This document shows positions 8,893 to 15,902 of a stretch of 15,902 bases of DNA, one piece after another. Origin of the DNA: Verrucomicrobiota bacterium (GTDB taxonomy: Bacteria; Verrucomicrobiota; Verrucomicrobiia; Limisphaerales; CANJSG01); contig JBBQXJ010000096.1 of assembly GCA_038209745.1 (NCBI GenBank), positions 1 through 15,902 of the forward strand. The letters run 5' to 3'. The first letter of the stretch is position 1; each line of letters begins with the position of its first letter. The translations under genes and the position numbers were made by a program. The notes beneath the pieces are model-generated. The model searched no databases, was not told where the DNA came from, and was given only the letters and a program-made list of their open reading frames with translations.

Positions 8893-10218
8893 ATGACACC
8901 AACCATCAGCCCACGGCGCAGAGAACAAGTGCTGGATGCCCTCCGGCGGGGAACCGTGCCGCAGGAAGGCCTCGGGAGCCTCTCGGTTGGGTTGGAGCGA
9001 TTTCAAGCCACGGTTGCGGAAGACTTGGATCGCGTGGCTGCGGGCGGAGGCGCGTTCAAAGCGATTCGGGGCGAGTATGGTTGCGGGAAGACGTTCTTTT
9101 CCAGGTGGCTGCAAGAGCAGGCGCGTGCGCAAAAATTTGCGACTGCTGAGGTTCAAATCTCGGAGTCCGAAACGCCACTGCATCGCCTGGAAACAGTCTA
9201 TCGCCGACTGACGGAGCGGATCGCGACGGCGGCGGGATCGTCGGGCGCGTTCCGCAGCATCATCGACACTTGGTTCTATGCGCTCGAGGAGGACGTGCTC
9301 AGCAGCGGCAAAGTGGCGAGCAACGATCAGGCAGCGCTGATCGCCGCCACGAACACGTTGATGGAGCAAAGGCTGGATTCCATCTCGCGCACCGCGCGCG
9401 GTTTTGCTGCGGCGTTGCGTGGCTATCGAACCGCGCTAGCCGGCGGTGACAATGCGACGGCGGAGGGACTGATCGCGTGGGTAGCTGGCCAGCCCAATGT
9501 CTCCGCCACGATCAAGCGAGCGGCGGACTTGAAGGGTGACGTGGACCACTTTGCCGCACTGAGCTTCCTGCAAGGTCTGCTGGTTGTGCTCCGCGACTCT
9601 GGGCATCCGGGGCTACTGGTGGTGCTCGATGAAGTCGAAACCCTCCAGCGCGTCCGGGCCGACGTGCGTGAGAAGAGTCTGAATGCGTTGCGCCAATTGA
9701 TCGACGAGATCGACGCTGGTCGCTTTCCCGGTCTGTTTCTCGTCATCACCGGAACGCCTGCGTTCTTCGACGGCCCGCAAGGTCTGCAAAAACTCCCCCC
9801 ACTAGCACAGCGTTTGCAGACGGACTTCGACACTGATCCCCGCTTCGACAATCCGCGTGCGCCACAGATTCGCTTACGTGCTTTCGACCGCCCTGCTCTG
9901 GTGGAAGTGGGCATGAAGGTGCGGGACATTTTCGTCAATGGATCGAAGGACGCGGAAGGCGTCGCCCGGCGGGCAAACAATGCTCTCCTCGAATCGCTGG
10001 CCGATGCTGTGACCGGTCAACTCGGCGGCAAGATCGGGATCGCCCCGCGGATCTACCTCAAGAAGCTGGTCGCTGACTTGCTGGACCGCATCGAACTTCA
10101 TCCGGATTTCGATCCCGCAAAAGACTATAGGCTGACCATGCGCAACGAGGAACTGACGGCGGAAGAGCGCAACCTCACTGCGGCCACTTCGGTCGAGGAC
10201 ATCTCCCTCGACGTGTGA
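8893..10218 (+). CDS. brxD: BREX system ATP-binding protein BrxD
   Basis: N-terminal DALRRGTVP..GL, Walker A RGEYGCGKTFF, EVQISE.ETPLHRLETVYRR, Walker B LLVVLDEVETLQR, and FDNPRAPQIRL. Immediately follows pglZ. Confidence 0.93.
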   Translation: MTPTISPRRREQVLDALRRGTVPQEGLGSLSVGLERFQATVAEDLDRVAAGGGAFKAIRGEYGCGKTFFSRWLQEQARAQKFATAEVQISESETPLHRLETVYRRLTERIATAAGSSGAFRSIIDTWFYALEEDVLSSGKVASNDQAALIAATNTLMEQRLDSISRTARGFAAALRGYRTALAGGDNATAEGLIAWVAGQPNVSATIKRAADLKGDVDHFAALSFLQGLLVVLRDSGHPGLLVVLDEVETLQRVRADVREKSLNALRQLIDEIDAGRFPGLFLVITGTPAFFDGPQGLQKLPPLAQRLQTDFDTDPRFDNPRAPQIRLRAFDRPALVEVGMKVRDIFVNGSKDAEGVARRANNALLESLADAVTGQLGGKIGIAPRIYLKKLVADLLDRIELHPDFDPAKDYRLTMRNEELTAEERNLTAATSVEDISLDV

Positions 10219-12323
10219 ACGCCTTCGACCGCCTAGATCCGCTCGTTCAGCACCACGTCGTCAATTCGCTTGGATGGCGGTCGCTGCGGCCACTGCAAGA
10301 GCAGAGCATCGAACCCATTCTTGACGGCAAGCATTGCCTGCTACTCGCGCCCACCGCCGGCGGCAAAACCGAGGCTGCGATGTTTCCGATTTTCTCTCGG
10401 ATGATCGACGAGAAATGGAGCGCGCTCAGTGTCATTTATGTCTGCCCCCTCAAGGCGCTTCTGAACAACCTCCAGCAGCGACTCAACCACTACGCAACGC
10501 TCCTAGGACGCCGTTGCGAGGTCTGGCACGGGGACATTTCCAGCAATCGGAAGGACAGTATTCGAGACACGCCGCCCGACGTTCTCCTCACGACGCCAGA
10601 ATCGCTGGAAGGAATGCTTGTCTCCGTCAATCCGCTCGGTCGGCAGATGCTCGCGACAGCTCGCGCGGTTGTGATCGACGAAATCCATGCTTTCGCGGGC
10701 GGCGACCGTGGCTGGCACCTGCTCTCGGTTCTGGAGCGAGTCGCTCATCTTGCGGGCCGTGAGCTTCAACGAATCGGCTTGTCCGCGACCGTAGGCAATC
10801 CCGACGGATTGCTGGAATGGGCCGCCGGACATTGCAACGGCGAACGCCAGGTCGTCTCTCCTCCCTTCAGCACCAACGCGACACCGGAGATCGCTCTTGA
10901 TTTCGTAGGCAGCCTGGAAAATGCCTCAGTGGTCATCTCCCGGCTTTATCGCGGCGAGAAGCGGCTCGTGTTTTGTGATAGCAGGAGTCGGGTGGAGGAA
11001 CTGGCCAGCGCGTTACGGAACCACGGCGTCGAGACTTACCTCTCGCACAGTTCACTCAGCATTGAGGAACGCCGTTCGGCGGAGAAGGCGTTCATGGAAT
11101 CCCGGAACTGCGTCATCGTTTCGACGAGCACGCTGGAGCTTGGGATCGACGTGGGCGATCTCGACCGAGTCATTCAAATTGACGCGCCTGGTTCCGTCGC
11201 ATCTTTCCTTCAACGATTGGGCCGCACGGGGCGGCGCGCGGAATCCGGCCGGAACTGTCTCTTTCTGGCTACCAGCGAACGAGCACTGCTAAAGGCAGCC
11301 GGGCTGCTGGAACTGTGGAATAGTGGGTTCGTCGAACCCATCAAGCCTTCGCCGCACCCGCTGCACATTTTTTCGCAGCAACTGATGGCGGTAACGCTCC
11401 AACTTGGCGGCCTTGGCATCGCGGACTGGCGCGACTGGATCGGCCGGGTGCCTCCCTTTGCTGCGCTTGAACCCGGTCAAGTTGAAGCGATCCTTCGCTT
11501 TCTGAAGGAACAACGCATTCTCTTTGAGGACTCAGGGATTCTGAGCTTAGGAGTGGAAGGAGAGGAGCGATTTGGTCGGCGTCACTTTCTCGAACTTCTT
11601 TCCGTATTTTCGACGCCGTTCATGCTCACGGCATTTCATGGAAACCGTGAACTCGGGCAGATCGAAGCGGGATACCTTACGCGCGCCCGGGACGGGGATG
11701 GAACCAGGATCGCGCTCTGTGGACGCTCATGGCTGGTTCGGGAAATCGACTGGCGCACCCGAAAGGTCTCAGTCGACGAATCCACCGACAAGGGACGCGG
11801 TGCTTGGATCGGGAGCGGTCAAGGTCTAAGCCACTACCTAGCGTGCGCAGTGAAGCGGGTCCTGACTTCGTCGACCATCTCCGACCTTTGGAGCTCAAGG
11901 GCCAAAACCGCGATGGCGTCGATCCGGAGCGAGTTCGGCTACCTGAAAACGGAAGGCCATTCGCTGGCTGTGCAGAGAAATGCCGGGAGCGTCTCTTGGT
12001 TCAATTTTGCCGGAGGCGCAGTCAACGAACTCATTGCGGCTTACCTTGCCAAGACAAAGGGCATCGCCTGTCAACCGAACAGCCTCGCGATCCTGTTTCC
12101 AACCTGCTCCGATCCGACGGGGTTGCTGACGCTGCTTCGCGATTTGGATCCACGGCAAATCGAGGAAAGCACGACATTTGACGCGCGCGCTGTTGAAGCG
12201 CTCAAGTTCCATGAGTGCCTACCAGATGAATTGATCCAAACCGTCCTGAAGAGCCAGATGGTGGACAAATCTGCGCTGGATGCAGCGCTCTCCAGCCAAA
12301 CGACGCCGGTCTACTTGGGCTAA
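10215..12323 (+). CDS. brxHI: BREX type 2 Lhr-like DEAD/DEAH-box helicase BrxHI
   Basis: SF2 motifs: Q motif LRPLQ, APTAGGKT (I), PLKALLN (Ia), TTPESLE (Ib), DEIH (II), LSAT (III), STSTLELGIDVG (V) and QRLGRTGRR (VI). 4-nt GTGA overlap with brxD. Canonical last gene of type 2 BREX. Confidence 0.9.
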   Translation: MNAFDRLDPLVQHHVVNSLGWRSLRPLQEQSIEPILDGKHCLLLAPTAGGKTEAAMFPIFSRMIDEKWSALSVIYVCPLKALLNNLQQRLNHYATLLGRRCEVWHGDISSNRKDSIRDTPPDVLLTTPESLEGMLVSVNPLGRQMLATARAVVIDEIHAFAGGDRGWHLLSVLERVAHLAGRELQRIGLSATVGNPDGLLEWAAGHCNGERQVVSPPFSTNATPEIALDFVGSLENASVVISRLYRGEKRLVFCDSRSRVEELASALRNHGVETYLSHSSLSIEERRSAEKAFMESRNCVIVSTSTLELGIDVGDLDRVIQIDAPGSVASFLQRLGRTGRRAESGRNCLFLATSERALLKAAGLLELWNSGFVEPIKPSPHPLHIFSQQLMAVTLQLGGLGIADWRDWIGRVPPFAALEPGQVEAILRFLKEQRILFEDSGILSLGVEGEERFGRRHFLELLSVFSTPFMLTAFHGNRELGQIEAGYLTRARDGDGTRIALCGRSWLVREIDWRTRKVSVDESTDKGRGAWIGSGQGLSHYLACAVKRVLTSSTISDLWSSRAKTAMASIRSEFGYLKTEGHSLAVQRNAGSVSWFNFAGGAVNELIAAYLAKTKGIACQPNSLAILFPTCSDPTGLLTLLRDLDPRQIEESTTFDARAVEALKFHECLPDELIQTVLKSQMVDKSALDAALSSQTTPVYLG

Positions 12324-12374
12324 CAGCCAATGGGAACATGGCAGAGAACCTCGGAGGATGTCCCTCGGATCCAG

Positions 12375-12605
12375 CTATTCTGAGGCTCGGACCAACTCAA
12401 CCGACAGACCAAGGCCCCCCATGAGGCGGCAAGCGACATCAAGGGATGGGATCCGCTCTCCTTTTTCAACATAGCCGATCATCTGTTGCGAGACGCCCGA
12501 GAGCTTTGACAACCGGTAGCGGCTAAGCTTGAGCCGTTTTCGTTCGCGGACAATCGAACGGATCGTCTTCGTTGTGAGCGGATGGATTGAGGGCTGCTGG
12601 ACCAC
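12375..12605 (-). CDS. XRE/Cro-CI family helix-turn-helix transcriptional regulator
   Basis: RERKRLKLSRYRLSKLSGVSQQMIGYVEKGERIPSLDVACRLMGGLG is a typical HTH_3 pattern. 76 aa; start position uncertain. Confidence 0.85.
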   Translation of the reverse strand: MVQQPSIHPLTTKTIRSIVRERKRLKLSRYRLSKLSGVSQQMIGYVEKGERIPSLDVACRLMGGLGLSVELVRASE

Positions 12606-12630
12606 GTCGTTCGATTCTGCCGAATCTGAG

Positions 12631-12659
12631 TTGACTTGTTACTTCCCAGATGGGAAGTA
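12631..12659. promoter_or_regulatory. Operator-like inverted repeat (12640-12659) next to a -35-like TTGACT, between divergent genes
   Basis: TACTTCCCA-GA-TGGGAAGTA has perfect 9-bp arms. TTGACT lies at 12631-12636. A second small inverted repeat GATTC-tgcc-GAATC lies at 12613-12626. No convincing -10 at canonical spacing. Confidence 0.6.
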
Positions 12660-12665
12660 GTCGGC

Positions 12666-12896
12666 ATGTTCACAAAACGACTTGGCCTTTCACCACAGGA
12701 CCTGAACCACTGCGCCCACGGCTGCCCCGACATCCTTGAGATGGACAACGGCGACTTCGCCGTGATCGGCACCGACATCACCGGCGAAGCATCCGGCCAG
12801 TTGCCCGCCGGCTCCGGCTGCGCTCCGGCCGAACGGATCATCCGCATTCCGCGCCAGCTCCTGATTCGCGCGAGGCAGGACATCCCGGCGGCTTGA
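12666..12896 (+). CDS. Small hypothetical protein (76 aa) with a CxxGCPDIxE...GDFAVIG motif
   Basis: Start chosen at ATG 12666, since the upstream TTG lies in the promoter/operator. Strong GC3 codon bias. Sequence MFTKRLG...HCAHGCPDILEMDNGDFAVIGTDIT...GSGCAPAERIIRIPR looks like a compact globular protein. Confidence 0.75.
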   Translation: MFTKRLGLSPQDLNHCAHGCPDILEMDNGDFAVIGTDITGEASGQLPAGSGCAPAERIIRIPRQLLIRARQDIPAA

Positions 12897-12941
12897 TCCA
12901 GCCCCGTTTCCATTCTTCTTCGTCCGTGCTAAAAGATCGGC

Positions 12942-13397
12942 ATGGAGGAGATCGCGGGGTGGTTCAGGGACAATTGGTTTTCGCTCGTTCAGAGCGGCGG
13001 CATCGTCGCGGGCCTCGTGTTCACCGCGTGGTCCCTCCGAAGAGACGGTCGGGACCGGAGAACCGCCACCCGCTTGGGCTTGGCGGAACATCACCGGGAA
13101 CTCTGGGCCGAGGTCCATCGCCGTCCCGATCTGGCCCGGCTGCTGCGGGACGATACGGACCTGGTGCTCGACCCAGTCACCTCGGGCGAAGAAGAGTTCC
13201 TCAACGTCGCCATCTACCACTTCCAGACCTGCTGGGAACTGTCGCGGGAAGGACAACTGCTTTCACGGACAGCCCTCGAACTCGATGCGCGTTCGTTTTT
13301 CAGCCATCCGATCCCGCACACGGTGTGGACGAGGTCGCGTCATTGGCGCGACCCCGCGTTCGTGGCCTTCATCGACTCGTGTCTGGAGAGGGCTTGA
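12942..13397 (+). CDS. Hypothetical protein with an N-terminal transmembrane helix and a helical soluble domain (DUF6082/DUF4760-like, tentative)
   Basis: Hydrophobic stretch WFSLVQSGGIVAGLVFTAWSL followed by basic RRDGRDRR (positive-inside), then HHRELW...RPDL and a C-terminal W....WRDPAFVAFIDS. Coding-like codon bias. The family label is from memory only. Confidence 0.72.
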   Translation: MEEIAGWFRDNWFSLVQSGGIVAGLVFTAWSLRRDGRDRRTATRLGLAEHHRELWAEVHRRPDLARLLRDDTDLVLDPVTSGEEEFLNVAIYHFQTCWELSREGQLLSRTALELDARSFFSHPIPHTVWTRSRHWRDPAFVAFIDSCLERA

Positions 13398-14222
13398 GTG
13401 GCGGTGCGGAGCGCGGTGAAACGCAATCGGGACGAACAAGGGCAGATGGATCTGTTCACGGCGTCCTTTCCCAAAAATGAACCCTCAACCGAAACGCCCC
13501 GCGTCGACGTTCTGAAGCGCCGTAATCCAGTTCTGGCTGAAAGCCGGCTTCCTCCGACCAGTCCGGTGGTCGAAGACCCAGCCGCGATTCCGTCGGTTCT
13601 CCTTTCGCCAACCAGACCTGAGCCCGAACCGGAGGTTCAGCGTAACCAGCGCAACTACCGGATCACCGAGGCCGACCAGTTGGGTCGCGGTTCGGCTCGG
13701 CACAAGTGCCGGGACAACCTGGCCGCCATCGGGTTGCTGAAGCGGCTGGAAGAGGAGGCCCGTTCCCCCACCGCCGAGGAAAATCGGACGCTCGTGCGCT
13801 ATGTCGGCTGGGGTGGCCTGCCGCAGGCATTCGACGACTACAACGCGGTGTGGGCCAAGGAACGGGAACAGCTCCAAACCCTGCTCACGCCGGAGGAACT
13901 CGCATCCGCCCGCGCTTCCACGCTTAACGCGCACTACACCTCCCCCACCGTCATCCGCGCCATGTATGCGGTCCTGGAGCGGTTCGGGTTCAACGGAGGT
14001 CGCATTCTCGAACCGGCCTGCGGCATCGGCCATTTCATCGGGCTTTTGCCGGAGACGATGAACGCTCGTTCCCAGATCACCGGAGTCGAGATCGACTCTT
14101 TGTCCGCCCGCATCGCGCGAGCGCTCTATCCCGACGCGGATCTGCGCCATCAACCGTTCGAGGAGACGGTTCTGCCGGACGGGTTCTATGACGTGGCGAT
14201 CTCGAACATCCCCTTCGGGAAC
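13398..14222 (+). pseudogene. Fragment 1: N-terminal methyltransferase part of the DarB-like protein
   Basis: NYRIT, NLAAI.LLK.LE, RYVGWGGL, STLNAHYTSP (motif X), ILEPACGIGHF (motif I, SAM binding), TGVEID, DVAISNIPFGN (motif IV). Homology-like sequence stops at the palindrome. Confidence 0.88.
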
Positions 14223-14252
14223 TTATGTGGAGCTCCACATAAGTTCCCGAAG
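14213..14252. repeat. Perfect 40-bp palindrome at the deletion junction
   Basis: CTTCGGGAACTTATGTGGAG|CTCCACATAAGTTCCCGAAG equals its own reverse complement, with no spacer. Confidence 0.97.
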
Positions 14253-14580
14253 CCCACCACTTCAAGAACCTTTTCTATGTGACGAAGATGACCCGCGTGG
14301 CGGGACTGCCGCAGACCGCGTCGCAAAAAGCGTTGGACCTGTTCCTGAAGGTCTCGCATCTGCACCGGGTCCAAGGCGGTGTGGTCTTCGCCACCGGCAC
14401 GCCCATCGCCAACAGCGTCGCCGAGATGTTCACCATGCAGCGTTATCTCCAGATGACGGCGCTGAAAGGGATGCAGATCGACCACTTCGACGCCTGGGCC
14501 GGCACCTTCGGCGAACCGGTCACGGCGATGGAGCTGGCCCCGGACGGTTCGGGCTACCGGCTGAACACGCGCTTCGCCCG
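14249..14580 (+). pseudogene. Fragment 2: helicase motif II-III region
   Basis: Reads EAHHFKNLFYVTKMTRVAGL...VVFATGTPIANSVAEMFTMQRYL...FDAWAGTFGE...YRLNTRFAR. The D of DEAH is lost at the junction. Confidence 0.88.
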
Positions 14581-14606
14581 TTATGCCGCGCGCGGCATTA
14601 CGCCCG
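14575..14606. repeat. 20-bp palindromic insertion flanked by a 6-bp direct repeat (CGCCCG), a net +26 bp frameshift
   Basis: CGCCCG-TTATGCCGCG|CGCGGCATTA-CGCCCG. The core ATGCCGCGCGCGGCAT (14583-14598) is perfectly palindromic. Removing 14581-14606 restores in-frame YRLNTRFARFINVPELM. Confidence 0.93.
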
Positions 14607-15789
14607 CTTCATCAACGTGCCGGAGCTGATGCAGGTCTTCCGGCAAGTGGCCGACATCCAGACGCAGGAGATGCTACAACTGCCCATACCCGCGTTGCAC
14701 TGCGGCAAACCCACGACGATCAGCGCCCCGTGTTCGGCGGAGTTGAAGCAGATCGTGCAAGGTCTGGTGGCACGGGCCGAAGCTCTGCGCTCTGGCTCGG
14801 TCGATCCCCGGGTGGACAACATGCTGCTCATCACCTCCGACGGACGAAAGGCCGCGCTGGATCTGCGGCTGATGAATCCCTCGATGCCGGACCATCCGAC
14901 GAGTAAGGTGAACCTCGCGCTCGAACAGGTCTTCAACCTGTGGCGCGAGACGACGGAGAAACGTTCGGCCCAGTTGGTGTTTTCCGATCTATCGACGCCC
15001 ACGAGTGGCAAGGGGTTTTCCGTCTATGAAGACATGCGGGACAAGCTGGTCAGGCTGGGTGTTCCTTTGGAGGAGATCGCCTTCATCCAAGATTTTGACG
15101 CGGACAACGCCAAGCTGGCGCTGTTCCGCGCCGTGCGCGCGGGGAAGGTTCGTGTGTTCTTCGGCAGCACCCAGAAGATGGGTTCCGGCACCAACGTGCA
15201 GGAACGGCTCGTGGCCCTGCACCATCTCGACGCCCCGTGGCGACCGGCGGATGTCGAGCAAAGGGAGGGCCGGATCTTGCGGCAGGGCAACACCAACGCC
15301 GAGGTCCACGTCTTCCGCTACGTGACCGAAGCCAGCTTCGACGCCTACATGTGGCAGACATTGGAGACGAAGGCGCGGTTCATCGCGCAGGTCATGACCG
15401 GCGCGAGCAACCTGCGCCGCATCGAGGACGTCGACGGCGCCGCCCTCACCTACGCCGAGGTCAAGGCCATCGCCTCCGGCAATCCGCTGGTCGTGGAGAA
15501 GGCCAACCTCGACGCCGAAGTCGCCCGGCTTTCCCGCTTGGAAGGCCAGCATCGCGAAGCCCAGTTCCGCCTGCGCCATCGTCTGCGCGCCGAGTCCGAC
15601 GACCTGCCCCGGCTCTACCGGAGACTGGAGGCATTACGGAAAGATGTGGCCGTCCGCGAGGACACGCGCGGCGACCGTTTCGTCTTCCACTTGGACGGCG
15701 AGACCCTGCGTGATCGGGGCGTGGTCGGAGAACTCCTCAACCGCCGGGCCGACCGGATCAGAGTAAGCGTCCTGCCGAGCACCGGTTGA
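14607..15789 (+). pseudogene. Fragment 3: helicase C-terminal (motif IV-VI) region and coiled coil, probably truncated
   Basis: FINVPELM, DNMLLITSDGRKAALDLRL, QLVFSDLSTP, VRVFFGSTQKMGSGTNVQERL, HLDAPWRPADVEQREGRILRQGN, FDAYMWQ, LTYAEVKAIASGNP. Coding-like codon usage fades near 15760, just before the stop. Confidence 0.88.
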
Positions 15790-15790
15790 A

Positions 15791-15842
15791 GGCATAGATG
15801 TCGTAGCGATAGGCTATGACATCTATGCCGCGCTATGCCGCG
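15791..15842. repeat. 17-bp inverted repeat (1 mismatch, 5-nt loop) overlapping a 2x10-bp tandem repeat
   Basis: GGCATAGATGTCGTAGC (15791-15807), GATAG loop, GCTATGACATCTATGCC (15813-15829). CTATGCCGCG occurs twice (15823-15832 and 15833-15842). Confidence 0.9.
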
Positions 15843-15902
15843 ATTTTGTGGAGGGGCTGGCGGGATCTGGCCCAAGCGGCGGGGAGGATCTCGGGGAGCT
15901 GG

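Larger units (their letters stand above)
13398..15789 (+). pseudogene. Disrupted DarB-like N6-adenine methyltransferase / SNF2-family helicase fusion gene of ICE/plasmid/phage type
   Basis: Three colinear fragments in different frames: an MTase N-part ending at NIPFGN, a helicase motif II-III part, and a helicase motif IV-VI part. The rest of the MTase and helicase motif I are missing, and the 3' end appears truncated. Confidence 0.88.

Noticed and set aside
12349..12369. Direct repeat CCTCGGA-N7-CCTCGGA between the convergent brxHI and XRE stops
   Set aside because: Only 7 bp in GC-rich DNA, so compatible with chance. No clear terminator or att site could be supported.
14188..14606. N-terminal part of the 533-aa ORF 14188-15789 as a real stand-alone helicase start
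   Set aside because: The sequence before FINVPELM is off-frame nonsense. The helicase motifs for this stretch (EAH, ATGTP) are in a different frame.
14213..15853. CRISPR array or regular repeat array interpretation of the palindromes
   Set aside because: The units are not identical, are irregularly spaced (about 330 bp and 1.2 kb apart), and the intervening DNA is continuous helicase coding sequence. No cas genes are in view.

Overview
High-GC bacterial defence island next to a decaying mobile-element gene. Bases 1-12323 (+ strand) carry a type 2 BREX/Pgl operon in canonical order: the 3' end of pglX, then pglY, pglZ, brxD and brxHI (pglW is presumably upstream of the window). A complete Xre(MbcA/ParS)-RES toxin-antitoxin pair, apparently with its own operator-containing promoter, sits between pglX and pglY. 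After brxHI comes a small module: an XRE-HTH gene divergent from a 76-aa Cys-containing protein and a 151-aa membrane-anchored protein, with a 20-bp operator-like inverted repeat between them. The last 2.4 kb is a pseudogenised DarB-like N6-adenine methyltransferase/SNF2-helicase gene. The most unusual signal is how this gene is broken. A large internal deletion is sealed by a perfect 40-bp palindrome, a frameshift is caused by a 20-bp palindromic insert with a 6-bp target duplication, and the apparently truncated 3' end is followed by a 17-bp inverted repeat and tandem repeats. These three lesions share sequence motifs (TTATG..., TATGCCGCG, TTWTGTGGAG). All family assignments come from motif recognition by eye; no searches were run.
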